A stretch of 40,042 nucleotides of DNA, taken from the NCBI GenBank assembly GCA_008632985.1, contig QPGO01000045.1, positions 496,001 to 536,042 on the forward strand. Direction: 5' to 3'. The stretch is from Psammoneis japonica. Its lineage: Eukaryota. The number at the start of each line of letters is the position of its first letter. Position 1 is the stretch's first letter. This document shows, piece after piece, positions 1 through 12,253 of this stretch. A program made the position numbers and the translations under genes. The notes under the pieces are model-generated. The model saw only the letters and a list, made by a program, of their open reading frames with translations, did no database searches and was not told the origin of the DNA.

Positions 1-115
1 ACACCTGCCAACAATTCTCCCCATTTTTTGCGTGTTGTTCTTCTTTTCCCTTCTCATCCACAAGACAAGGATGATGAGCATGAGTCTTGATGAAGGCCCT
101 GTCAACATTGTCTGA

Positions 116-3100
116 TTGAAAATGGACGGAAACCCTCTTCTCTGTCCCGGTTGTTGCCAAAGTTTTTTGCGAACAGCCTGCCATTGGAGATGCTTGCCAA
201 CGTGTTGCTCAGTTGCCCAAGAGTTGCAAACCCAAGATCTGATCCCAGATCAAAGTGACATTCCTGCCACAACAGAGGGGCCACCCAAAGAAAGTGGCAG
301 TTCTTCCTCTTTGTCCTCTGATGATGATGAATCCCATCCGAGGCGATCTGCTTGCAGCAGATTCCCAAGATCTTCAATGAGTGATCCGAGCAGCAGCCCC
401 TTGCTCCCCTCCCCAGATGACGCGCCGCACGGAATGGACGACATGTCCTCCATTTCATTCAACCACAGCATGCATGGAGCTGAGCTTTCAGCAATGAACG
501 ATTTGGATGTTGGCGGTGATCAATCCTTTGCTGCAGTGTTGGACGTGACAATGGAGGAGGAAGAGGACATTCACGATGAGGATCAACGTTTGGGGATCAG
601 GTGTGACGCTCTCCTGCAGAAGAGGCCTTGGCTTCTGCTCCCTCTTTGACAAATCTTGAGGGAGCTTGTGCAGAGTTGTGCAAGAAGCTCATGGACACAC
701 GTGGTGCTCCTCTGGAATTGTGCGACTGCATTGTTGATTTCATTGAGAGGCACACTGGCAACAGCAAAATTGAGCTTGGTGCAGTTCTGCCAAGGAGAAA
801 AGAGTTGATGCGCACCTTAACCAAGCATTTCCCTCTTCCACCCAGCGAGTCCATTCCTGTCACTCTAGAAACCAAAAATTTCAAAGCCGGTTTGCCAAAA
901 TGAGTGTCAGTGCCAAGATGGGATTTCACAAAGGTCTGGGAACAGTTTTTGCTCGATCCTCACCTGCGGTGCAGCAGAGAGAACATGGCCGATCCAGACA
1001 ATCCTTTTGGGAAGCACAAAGTGAAGGGACCGGATGACAAGTGCCTTTTGGCGGGTGAGTGGCACAGGCGCAGTTGCGCAGAATGGATGACTGACCCAAA
1101 GAAACAATTTTTTGAGTGCAATGTCATTTGCCTCAACAAGACTGGCAGGACACAAGGGATGGGATCACATTGTGGAGAACCAGTGATCATGACCTCTGCG
1201 CATGTTGCCTTCAACAAATGGTCAGACAAGAGTGTCTGGAAACCAATTGGTTGTCTCCCGGATTTGGAAAAGATGTCGTCATCTGCGGCAAAGAATCTCT
1301 CAAACAATTGCAAGGCGGAGAAGGGACGCTTGTTGAGAGACTGCCACACTTGCTTGCGTGTCATTTTGGAGCCACTTTTGGAAGTCATGAGAAAAGGAGG
1401 CATGAACACACACGTGTGACGAGGGGATGAGATGCGATGCCTCCACGCAATCCCGCTGATCATTCTGATCACAGGAGATGCAAAAAGCGGCGACTGTCTC
1501 GTCGGATGATGCGGAGGTCACAACTGTCGTCAACGTTGCTGTCGTTTTTGCCTCGCTGGCTCAACAAACTGGACAACCCATGGATTGAATGCGAGTTCAT
1601 CAGAGGACTGGATCTCCAACAAGTGCAAACTAAGGCCAACAATGACAACAGATCAGACCAAGAAAGGAAGTGCTGGTTGGGCATCTTGCATCACCTCAAG
1701 CAACACAACGCACCCACCAACTGTCTTTTTGAGGCAGACTTTGGTGCACAACCATGTGGGCGTCACCCTTGCGACAGCAAGCAACATGATGCATCTCTTT
1801 GAAAATGGCACCTTGAAAAGGGCAATCAATTCATTTGTAGACAGCATGACACCTGTGGTCGCAAGTGAGGTGGACAGAACAGTGGAAAGGATTTTCAGCA
1901 ATCACCGGTCAACTTGCAAAGCCTCCTTTTTGCGAACAAACTTCAAAGGAGGAGCAACGTCGCTTGCCTTCCTCAACTCTCACCACTGGGCTGGAATGGC
2001 TTTTGTTTTCTACCTTCTCCTGTTGACCAGCGAGGGACGAAACGCATGTGAGTCATGCTTCCTTGATGAGGACGCTGACAAACCCATTGTTCCAGAGAAT
2101 CACAAGATGCCCAAAGCGAGCTTTGAGAGTTGCTGCCAACCTGGTGCATGCTTGGACTCTGACGATGAAAGGTCGGAGGAGTCCGAAGAGGGTGACTGGG
2201 ACGAAAATGAGGATGAGAAAGAGGAGAGTGAGACAGAGGATGGTGACGACAACCAAAAAAAGAAAAAATGCAAGGGAAAAAGACTTGACTGCAGCACCCG
2301 GCAATTCATTCAATTGCTCGAGGACCTTCTTGTCTTCCATGCATGGCACAGGCTGGGCAATCCACCCATCACAAGCATGACTCCCAGTTCATCTGTTCAG
2401 AAAACAAACAAGAAAATCCGTCTCCTCATTGACCGGACAGTGCAATTCGTCCCGCTAACAGAAGGATGCGGGCGGAAGCTTCAAAAGCTTCATGAAACAC
2501 TCCATCTCCCAGTGTTTCTTTGTCATTGCCAACACGCGATGAACTTTGATGCAGGCTTGGGGGAGTGTCTCTTGAAAGACTTTTTCAAGCTGCCATCATC
2601 TGCTGCACAACAACGTGACCTCGACAGTTTTCTGAAGCACAGGTCGTGTCGCGTGTGGAGGACCAAGTGAGGCTCAACGCCGCAATTTCAGCTGACAGTT
2701 GGATTTTGCCAACTGGGAAAAAGGAAACATCAATGGTCAGGATGGACAATCACATGCTGGGAGGAAGTGCGTTCACTCTCACCTGCAATCGAGGGATCGG
2801 TGCTGTGATGTTTGAGTGGAACAGCTTGCATGCTCGATGCCAAGTTCATCCTGTGTTGCCAAACTTCATGTCGGAACAGTGGGAGGATTGTGTTGGCGAA
2901 GATGGTGAAAATGCACATCTGACTTGTAAGACAGAGTTTTGCAATGCAAGTGGGAGGGACATGCACTGTGCGCACCCCAGTTGCAAAAGCGAAGGCCCAT
3001 GGCATGACTTTGCCCATGTGACCTTTGGCACACAAAAGGGCGATCAACAGTTTCCCTCCCGTTTGCTGTGTTTCTTTGAACAGGAAGACACAGGATCGAT

Positions 3101-3400
3101 TTTTGCAGTGGTCCATCCAACTGCTTGTCAAGCTGACCAGAGAACCTTGAGGCAATGGCGTCAGCACACAGACTTGGTCAGTCGCTGGCAGCTTGATCAC
3201 AAACAAAACAGCTGGCTTTCAACACCTGAGAAGACTCAGCACTCACCCAAGTTGCAGGTTGTCCCTGTCGAAGCAATTGGGGACAATGTTTTGGTTTACA
3301 AAGAACGTCCAGGAGTGGTGGAAGCACAAGAAAAGGCCCCATTTGTTTGGGCTGCACAGGACAGAAGGAAGTGTTGGTCACATTTGTTTCTAAAATGGGA
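116..3400 (+). pseudogene. Plavaka-like DNA transposase, degenerate (frameshifts and stops)
   Basis: Consecutive ORFs 116-649, 628-903, 904-1419, 1437-1802, 1585-2670 and 2646-3536 give an N-terminal CxxC..H Zn-finger-like motif and an acidic linker. They continue with DPDNPF, [D]KTG, WKPIG[Y]LPDL, [Y]HTCLRVILEPL, ITGDAKSGD, MMHLFENG, KLQKLHETLH..NFDAGLGE and AHPS[Y]KSEGPW[Y]DFA..FPSRLLCFF. This motif order matches Plavaka-type transposases as I recall them. Confidence 0.7.
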
Positions 3401-3424
3401 TGCGCGCATCAATCTGTCATTCAC

Positions 3425-4537
3425 TCACAGTGATTTCCTGACTCTTTCTTGCAAACATGATGAATTTGATCCTTTCAGAATTGGCAAAGTCATTCTGATG
3501 TCTTCTTCCGAAACTCCAAGACAAGCTTCTTCCTGATCGGAAGGCTCTCCCAACCACCGTTCTTGTTGTTCTTGGGTTGTGAGGTCACTTGCAAAGAACA
3601 CACTCGCGCGGCTCTTTGCAGCATCATTGTCCATTGTGCACATGTCAAACACAGCTGACAATTTCTTCCATTGTTTGACAACCTGGAAGAAGGTTGCAAG
3701 AGCAAAGGGAATCACTGCATCCCCCCCTTCTCCCTTTTTTGAAGGCAAGGCCCAAAGATCAATTAGATTCTGGAAAAATTGAGTCGTCCCAAAACGAGAA
3801 TCGTGCCACTCTCCATCTGGCATCCAGCGGCAGTCCAACATGATTTGGTCAAACCCATGATTGTTGAAATCAACAGCATTCTCAAACTGCTGCTTGACTC
3901 TCTTGATGAAATCTCTTGCTTTCACATTGCAATTTAAGCGCAGATCAGGATGGCTGTCTTGGAGAGAAACTGTCAGAACGACGTTTGTGATTGTTTTGTC
4001 AGTTTCCTCAAATGCCATGGCGTGTGCCTTGTCTTGCCTGTGTTGGTCAGACAACACTGAGGCCACCCCCTTCTCAGAGCACAGTTCTTGAGAAGACAGT
4101 TGCCTGGCATTGAGCGGACGGGTCATCCCCAACCACAGCACATGGTTTGTTTCCCCGTTGGTTTCGTCATCTGTGAAACAATCTCCCAAGTCACTGTGGT
4201 CCTCTTCACCCTTGGAGCAATGTGCAACTTGGTTGTGCTCATTGTCAACAGGCTCTTTGCTTTTGTCCTCTTCACCCATGCAAGCAGTTGGAAGTTCACT
4301 TGTTTTCTCATCAATTGACTCCTCCTTGCAATCGTCACTTTTGTTCATTGCGAATGACAACAAATCACCGGCGGCCTTCTTCCTGTTAGAACGAGAATTC
4401 AATGTGACAATGTCAGCAAAATCAGACAAAAAACAAATGTGATTGCCACAAAAAAAGAACCTCTCTTTGCCATTCCAGTTCGGCTTGAACTTCATCAATC
4501 GACACGAATGGGACTGGCTCCCATTCACTCCTTCCAA
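3425..4537 (-). pseudogene. Hypothetical protein, possibly the C-terminal part of the large interrupted ORF
   Basis: 370-aa ORF with an acidic N-terminal part and a globular-looking part (LWLGM..QDKAHAMAFEE..FDQIMLDCRWMP..FFQNL). It overlaps the end of ORF 4422-4868 in another frame and is convergent with the transposase. Confidence 0.45.
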
Positions 4538-6456
4538 ACTGCTTGATCATTGATTGCCCATCAGAGAACAAGAGCAACAGATGCTGTCTGCAACAAAAGA
4601 CATCGCAGATTCCCATCTTTTCACGAGCGACACTCAGGTCACATGGTGAAGACTCTGGGCCATTCTTTCCACACTCTTCCAAATCAAAATCACCCTCTGT
4701 CCGTTCCAAGAGTAAATCGCGCTCCTCCACCGGGACCTTCATTTCCTCCATTTGCTTCGCCGCTCCCAACTTTGCTGCCGGACAGACAAGATTGCGAAGG
4801 TCAGGGTGAGGATGGATCCCTGTGCCACACAGCATCAACATCTGCACAGAGTTCATCAATCTGAACACTCCACAAACAGCGCCTGCATGATCTCATGTTT
4901 GGACCATGGCTTCAAACACATCCTCGATCGCCTTGTGGCCAAACGTTGGCTTGCCAACATTGTCATTGATCCAGTCCATGATGACGACAACCAGTCCCCC
5001 AACAAGCAAGTCCATCAAACCGTCGAGTTTCGTCCCGCACTCTGCCACATGAACCTCCTCGAAATCGAGTCGGCTGTTGCGATCCCCCGCAATGCTGCCG
5101 AACAGCCTCGTGGCTTCTCTGAAGCAATGAAGGACACGATCGCCAGCCACGAAAGGACGCTTCACAGCATCTGTGTTGCACAACAAGCAGCAAAAATGGG
5201 AGAATCCAGTTTGACACCCAGCCACAATGGCGCAACGAAAGCAATCATGCGCGCCAACCTCATCGAGGTTGTCGATGATTGCCGAGCAACCGCGCGAGAA
5301 ATCAAAGTCCTTCACGATGGCAAACAGAAGATGTTTCCTCTGCATGACAATGGCGGGATGCTTGACTTTGTCGGACGGAAGATTTGGCTTGCCAATTTCC
5401 TCTTCCACCCACACAGAGTGAGGGTCAAGGGGAAAATCTTTGATGTTTCTGTGGGTTGGCTTGCCCGACGGAGGACAACAAGGGCCACAACATCTCATCA
5501 TTTCTGCAGCGTGTGACAGATCAAGTTTTGCGAAATGACCATGCACGCACAATTGGAACTCAGCACACCCATGCACCAAACTGACACAGTTTCCAGCATT
5601 GCCTTTGGATGCAGTGACAACCTTCAAGGACCAAGAGCGACCAACAGCGTCTCGCAGTGACACGCAAAGAGCACCAGTCTTGGTGCACCCATCCATGTCA
5701 CAATCCTCTTTGTCAGTGTGTGGCTCGGTGTTCGAATTGACGGATTTTTTGCCGGACGACGAGATGCACTTCACTTGAATTTCCACGCCTTCCCTTCTGA
5801 CATGCTTGGCTCCAACCATCTCACGGAGCTCATCCTCAAAAAGACCATCACAGTGCGGGTCATGGAAGGAGCGCATTTCTTTCAAAGCAACAAGATTGAT
5901 CTTGTCTTTGCAGAGTTGCGCGGCATCCAAGATTGAGGCCATCATCAGCTGCACATCCTTTGGAAGCTTCTCCCACTTGTCTCTGCCAAAGATGGCACCA
6001 GGCTTGTGAGTGGGTCCCACTTCAGCTAACTCACCATCTGCAACTTTGCAATTCTGGCCACAACAACCAAAACAGATCCGACAGCGCCACTTGCATTCTG
6101 GTCCATCCCTTTTTTTGTTCGGCTTGCCATGTTCCAACACTGCACAGAGTGTCAATGACACACTGACTTGCAATCCAAAAAAGTGTTTCTGATGCATCTT
6201 GTCCGTGTGTCGCAAACATGTGACCACGTCAGAAAAATGAGAGGTTGGCTGGGTCGGGTGAGTGATTGCAACCATCGATTCTTGCGCTGGATTGTTGGGA
6301 GCTGCGCCGTTTTCAAATCCATGCACAAACTTGCGGGGGTGATTCGCCAAGCAGAAATCGGAGATGCTGTGGAATGACTGGTGCTTGACACAGTTCCCCT
6401 TGAAAGAACCGGAAATGGGGGTTTCCTCAAAGACGACAAGGTGAGAATGTTGTGAC
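4422..6456 (-). pseudogene. Large hypothetical ORF, central and 3' segment
   Basis: ORFs 4893-6497 and 4422-4868 share one frame, separated by a single TGA at 4893-4895. The 5' side is cut by the MITE at 6461. Confidence 0.55.
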
Positions 6457-6460
6457 TTCA

Positions 6461-6856
6461 GACGGGTTCCAGCCCCAGGTGGGACTTTTTGTGACATTGG
6501 GCCCGTGGAATTCTGCGTGCGAGCTCCACAGTGAAATTGTCAAGCAATGAACACATGAATGATCGCCAACAGAAAAAGAGGCAATTTTGCGAACGTGTCT
6601 CCTCCTCCACACTTGAAGTGCATTCTTTGCAGCATGCCCGGGTGTGTTCTTCAGACATTGAAGAACACACCCAGTGCATTTTTGTTGACACAAGTGCAGA
6701 TGACAGAAAGCCTTTGGCTTCGCAAAACAGACAGTGTGGAACAATTTTTTGTGATGGAACACATGGAAATGTGCACGCGAAACATGCGACGGATGACAAA
6801 AAACAATCATGTCACAGTTCAGTGGTGCGAGGTCCCACCCAGAGCTGGAGCACGTC
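6461..6856 (+). mobile_element. MITE family A, copy 1 (396 bp, ~25-bp imperfect TIRs, TSD TTCA)
   Basis: Starts GACGGGTTCCAGCCCCAGGTGGGAC and ends GTCCCACCCAGAGCTGGAGCACGTC. TTCA lies at 6457-6460 and 6857-6860. Removing it restores the frame EVK-SQHS. Confidence 0.9.
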
Positions 6857-6860
6857 TTCA

Positions 6861-7046
6861 CCTCACCCAGAATCGCAAATGGAGATGGTTCAGGAAACAC
6901 TTTCACAAGCCCTTCTTTTGTGAAATTGTCTGGCGGAGGAGGAGGTGACTGACAGGTTGTGCCGTGCGTCGGCCACTTTGTTCGGGAACACTCAAATTGT
7001 TCCTCAAGAGTCGGCACATCTTGGAGAATCAGCGATTCGTTCTGAG
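6861..7046 (-). pseudogene. Middle segment of the large hypothetical ORF, between the Gypsy and MITE insertions
   Basis: Translates SQNESLILQDVPTLEEQ...ILGEVK and is in frame with both neighbouring segments once the insertions are excised. Confidence 0.65.
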
Positions 7047-7050
7047 AAAC

Positions 7051-7481
7051 TGCCCCACGCATGTGCCAGGTGCTGAAAAGAAGATGTGTTGCGACCTTGT
7101 CGTTGTGAAAATCATGAGCCAGTTTGGAGCAGAGAAAGTGGGATCGTGCGAACAGGGAATCTTGCCAAATCCACATTCGCTCGCATTTGGATCACGTCAA
7201 ATCGATTGTGCGTTCACATTGTGGATCGTGCGAATCAAGCCATCGCGTGCCATGCACGAGTGATGTCATCGTGTGGAATCACGCTGCCATCGTGGGCCAG
7301 ACGACGGGCCAGTGTGCTTCACACGGATGCTCTCTTGGCACCCTTCTGGAGTTTCCCAAGACCTGGAGCCACGCCCTCCTGTGGTCGTGCTTCCCAGGTG
7401 CGTGTTGACAATGCTGCGTTGTCACGCACAAGAGGCTCATGCACGGTCTCGCCGTGTTGTCCTGCAGTGAGGCACACTGCA
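7051..7481 (-). repeat. 3' LTR of the Gypsy element
   Basis: Direct repeat of 11819-12249 with TG..CA ends, adjacent to the polypurine tract. Confidence 0.92.
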
Positions 7482-7494
7482 CACTCCCCCATGA
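7482..7494 (-). promoter_or_regulatory. Polypurine tract of the Gypsy element
   Basis: Minus strand TCATGGGGGAGTG immediately precedes the 3' LTR. Confidence 0.7.
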
Positions 7495-7520
7495 TCAGGG
7501 CAGCCAAGTGACAGGATGTC

Positions 7521-9134
7521 TCACTGGTGACAGGGTGCAATCTGCCGTAGATTGTGCGTTTCCATCAGCGCTCCGTTCTGGATGCGCAACGTGCCGGGTC
7601 CTGCACAGCTGTCAGAACCGCACCCAGAGGATTGTTCCTGTTTGACAAGTGCCAATTGCCCTGCGGTGTGTTGATGCTCCTTGCGTTTCTGATTTTCACG
7701 CTTGTCATTTGAGTGGACAAGCTTCTGCTTTCTGGTTTCTATGTGCTTCCACTTGGCACGATGGGCAACAGACAAAACCGCATCGCGTCCGAAGACCAAT
7801 TGCGCGGGACTTGCACGCGTGGTTGTGTGCACTGCAGCCCCAATGGCGAAGGCCACTGCTGCGGAGAGGATGCCACTCCATGGGTCATCTTCATCCAGTT
7901 CCACACCCTGCACTGAAAAGGAACGCACCATGTCACCAAGTGTCTGGTGTGCATGTTCCACTGTGGCACTCGCCTGTGGATTCCGCTCACTCGTGGGTTT
8001 CTTCAAAATCCCACAGTCATTTTTAATCATCTGGCTAAATTCTGCCATAAATTCTGTCCCACGGTCATAAACCACCTGGGTTGGCCACAGATGTCTGCAT
8101 GGCCACGTTTGTTCCACGACGTTTGCTGCGACGTCTGCGCGTTTCGTGGACACTTCTTCAATCTCGAACCACCCGGTTGCTGGGTCAATCATTGTGACTG
8201 CCCACAATTGCAAAGCGTCCTTTCCGCGTCTTTGAATTTCATGTGGCCCCATCACATCCATGCACAGAGTCTCCCATGGAATTATCTCGGCGACCTTTTC
8301 TGGCAGCTTCCCACAACGCTGCGTTCGGCGTTTTGTCTTCTGACATCGATCGCACTCAACGCACGTAGAATGCACCGTAGACCTCATGCCAGGCCAGCAG
8401 AAGTGCTGGGCAACAGACATTTCCGCACGTGTCTCACCTGGATGACACAGTGTCTCGTGGTGCCATTCAGTTAGCGGGATCTGCAATGACTGTGGCACTG
8501 CGATTTTGTCCTTGTGACAGATTAATTGTCGTGATGACCCTCCCCCACAACACGCGCGAATGGAGCAGTCGGACGAGTCCTCAGCTCGTGAGAGCAGGCG
8601 CTTGTCCTTTTGTTGTTCTTTTTGAATGCGCTTGAAGCTGATGGGCAGAGATGCATCGTCTTGCGCGTCTGCATTAAAAGCTTCATGCAAAGGACGACTC
8701 GATGGAGTGTCTTTTACATCCGGATTGGCCTCGGAAGGCAAGCTGGGTGCCAGCCGAAGGCGACTAAGACCGCCAGCGACTGGGTTGTGGGTGCCCTTGA
8801 CATGGCGTAATTCGGGACCGCATTCTTCGCATGTCAACCGCCAGCGCACAACGCGCTCGGTGTTGAATGCTTTGCACGCAAGATTTTTATGATCAGCACA
8901 TGCAAGTGTGCGATGACCGAGGAGAATCGTTCGAAATTCTTTCAACGTCTCCACAATGGCGAGCAATTCTCTCTCCATTGTTGCACAATTTAATTGCGCA
9001 CTGCTGAGCTTTCTGCCACAAAAGGCGACAGGTTTGTCATCTTGGGATGCAACTGCTCCCCAATTGACATTTAGAGGCATCAGCACGCACCTCAAAGGGT
9101 TTGCCAAAATCAGGATGTGACAATGAAACATCAT
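7521..9134 (-). pseudogene. Gypsy RNase H and integrase
   Basis: RNase H motifs PVAF[Y]..KL..AQLN[Y]..ERELLAIVE and DHKNL; HHCC zinc finger HETLCHPG..CxxC; catalytic core DVMGP / DRGTEF / NPQASATVE. Confidence 0.92.
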
Positions 9135-9213
9135 CCGATGTCACCCATTTGACGGTTTTGAACGCCTCGTCTTCAACGGACGTCCACTCCCACTTGACAG
9201 TCTTGCTTGCGAG

Positions 9214-9870
9214 TCATGTTGGCGGAGCCAAGACTTCAGAACGTCCAATCCACGCATCATGGCAGCAGCTCACCATGCCAACAAATGACTGCAGGTCGCG
9301 TTTGTTGGTTGGGTTCGCGATTCGCTCAATGGCATTGACTTCATTGGGTGTTGGTCGCATTCCGTCTCTGTTGACCAGATGACCCAAGCACTCTAATTGG
9401 GTTTGACAGAAATGAGATTTAACTGCACTGACTTTTAGCCCTGCTTTCTGGACCCTCAACAAAACTTCTTCAAGTTTGTTGAGGTGATCTTCACAGGTGC
9501 CTTTCATCATGACGAGAAGGTCATCCAAGCACGTTCGAACAAACGACAGATCTTCAAACAAGCCTGACATGCGTTCTTGGAAAATGTCTGGCAAATTGCA
9601 TGATCCCATGGGCAATGCCTGCATCTCATGCTTGCCCCACGGGAAGATGAGCGTGCAGAGCTTCTTGCCATCAGCATCCAATCGGATGTGACAATGGCCC
9701 ATGTTTGAATCCAGCAATGCAGCCCACACAAAGCCTTCGAGCTCAAGTGGCACATCTTGGATGTGAGGAATCGCAGTCGCTTGATCCGTTCACTCAGCTC
9801 TCTGAAATCATTGACAAAGCGCACTGTTAAATCTTTCTTCGGTGTGATGAATGATGGAGCTGCCCATTGG
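9214..9870 (-). pseudogene. Gypsy reverse transcriptase, frameshifted
   Basis: RFVNDFREL, LD.NMG[YY]HI, WGK[Y]E..LPMG and RT[Y>C]LDD. Confidence 0.92.
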
Positions 9871-9872
9871 GA

Positions 9873-11711
9873 TCAGTTGACGCGTTTGAGAACACCAATG
9901 CGCGCTGGGCGTTCCACTTCTTTACATGGCGCAGCTTCGCACGCACGAGGTGCTTTGCACGGACGAGCGTGGCATGGTTCCACACCCTCCTTGAGTTGGA
10001 CATGGCAGGGTTCTCCCTTCCATTCTCCTGATGTCCCATCAAACAAGGACTCGTGGCGCTTCAACAGTGCCAAAAGGTCATTTCGTTGAACTGCAGAAAG
10101 TCCCATTGCCTCTCGTGTTATGTCCTCAAGGCAGGCCGGCGCGCACTTGGCGCCCAAAATGCATGAAATCCGGTCGGTTTCCGAAGATGAGGCTTCTGGA
10201 TCTTGAAGATAGAAGGAGGTTTCTACCGCAGCATCTGCGCGCCTCATTGGTGCTTCTCCATTGACCAACGGCCACTCTGTCATCTGTTTGGAGAAGACAA
10301 TGTCAATGCCTTGTGTCTCCAGAATGTCACGTCCAACAATCACATCGCACTTGCCCAACTTTCCATTGTGCACGTGGACGGCATGTTTGAGTTCTGCAGT
10401 TTCGGACAATTCTGGCAACCGAAATTTAACGGTGCAGTCGTTGGACGTGCTGAACGAGCCTGCCACCGTGGTCCAGTTTGTCTCAGCCGTTGGACGGCTT
10501 TGCAGATGCTTGCAGCATCGACTGTCGAGCAGAGTGGTGCTGGCACCACTGTCCAGCAGTGCCTTGATGGTTTGAGTCTTGCCCTTGCCATGTTCAGTGT
10601 TCACAGCTGCAAACAAGATTGGAGCAAGATGAGTCTTTTTAACTCGTTTGTGGGATTGGCCTGCAACACGTGTGCGATGGCAATTCAATTGTTCATTGAT
10701 GCATTCGCCCAATGTGTCAAAACTGCCTGTGTTGTGTCGGCCCCCTTCTCCGGTGTCCGAATCTTTGGAATCACTCAAGTTGAGGTCGCGGAAGTGATCA
10801 AGCTCCTCCTTGCGTGCCTTGCGTTTTTTCTGAGCGTTGGCAAAGAACTCCTCGACCTTTGATCCGATGAGAGTGTCAATGTTTTCCTCATTCCGAGGTT
10901 TTGCATTGGGCTTGCTGCCTCCGTTGCTGGAATGTCCAGTCTTGACACGTTTCACGTGGGTGCTCGGTTGGGTCGTGATCAACGACTCAGGATTGTCCGT
11001 TCTACATCCCCGCTTGCGTGGAACCTCAGCATGTTGGTCCAGGTTACCTTCGGCAAGCTCGACCTGCTCGATGCGCTCGCAGAACTGCACAAATTTGGTG
11101 ACAGTGTGCGCCAATGGGTCAAAATTCTGCAACGTCATGAACTTCTGCCATGCGTTTGGCACACCACACTCGAACATGTCGCACAGTTTGTCGTTGGGCA
11201 ATGGTGCCGGTGCTTCTCCATCCTCCATCACAGGTGGAAACTGAGAGACACAGCCGTTAATTTCAACAGCCCTTGCGACACAGTCACGAGCAGAAACCTC
11301 TGCGGGCTTGCGCATGAAGCACCTCAGATGACGCTTCTTCAACAGCACCGCCCCATGTGGGAAGATGCTTTCCTTTGGCTTTGCGATGCATGCTGTGTGC
11401 GTGGCGTTGGTTTGGGATGCCTGCTTGTCAGCGGCATCATTGAATGACATCAGAGCATCGCCCTGCAGCAGGTCACGCATGAGGGCAAATTTCGCTGGCC
11501 CTGTCGTGATGTTTTGTCCTTCGCGCACGCGATCCACGTTGCGCAGAAAGATCAGGAGTGTCTCGCATGCAGCCGTGGAAAGGTGCGGGATGCCCATCTC
11601 GTGCGTTGGACTGCCCGGATCAGCAGGGTTGTTGCGCAGTTTGAACGTCTGGTGCTCGCCCTTGCTGCAGCTCTTTCTTCTCCGGCCATGCGAATGGAGT
11701 TGGAGGCTCAA
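9873..11711 (-). pseudogene. Gypsy gag, aspartic protease and start of RT
   Basis: 612-aa ORF with a gag-like N-terminus, ALLDSGAST protease motif, DVIVGRD, and the start of the RT region. Confidence 0.88.
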
Positions 11712-11797
11712 CTCGCTTCTTCATGGTCGTTTTGAGATTTGTCGGTCCTGCCAACATTTCATAGTTTCGTTTCTGCAGATTTCGTCACCTCGCACAA

Positions 11798-11815
11798 CAT
11801 GCGGGAGCAACACCA
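11798..11815 (-). promoter_or_regulatory. Putative primer-binding site
   Basis: TGGTGTTGCTCCCGCATG starts 3 nt after the 5' LTR; TGG is complementary to tRNA CCA. The cognate tRNA was not identified. Confidence 0.45.
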
Positions 11816-11818
11816 CTG

Positions 11819-12249
11819 TGCCCCATGCATGCACCAGGCGCTGAAAAGAAGATGTGTTGCGACCTTGTCATTGTGAAAATCATGAGCCAGTTTAAAGCAG
11901 AGAAAGTGGGATCGTGCAAACAGGGAATCTTGCCAAATCCCTGTTCGTTTGCATTTGGATCGCATCAAATCGATCGTGCGTTCGCATTGTGGATCGTGCA
12001 AATCAAGCCATCACACGCTGTGCACGAGTGATGTCATCGTGTGGAATCACGCCACCATCGTGGGCCAGACAATGGGCCAGTGTGCTTCACACGGATGCTC
12101 TCTTGGCATCCTTCTGGAATTTCCTGAGACCCAGAGCCATGCCCTCCAGTGGTCGTGCTTCCCAGGTGCACGTCAACAACACCGCGTTGTCACGTGCAAG
12201 AGGCTTGTGCATGGTCTCGCCGTGTTGTCCAGCGGCAAGGCATGCTGCA
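11819..12249 (-). repeat. 5' LTR of the Gypsy element
   Basis: Direct repeat of 7051-7481, same length, flanked by AAAC. Confidence 0.92.
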
Positions 12250-12253
12250 AAAC

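Larger units (their letters stand above)
7051..12249 (-). mobile_element. Full-length Ty3/Gypsy LTR retrotransposon, inactivated
   Basis: Two 431-bp TG..CA direct repeats, TSD AAAC (7047-7050 and 12250-12253), polypurine tract, and domain order gag-PR-RT-RH-IN. Confidence 0.95.

Noticed and set aside
7051..12249. ADAR-type RNA editing, CpG decay or classical RIP as the sole explanation
   Set aside because: Changes occur on both strands, differ between the LTRs and also affect DNA transposons. CpG decay cannot remove Tyr codons, and RIP creates TpA rather than removing it.
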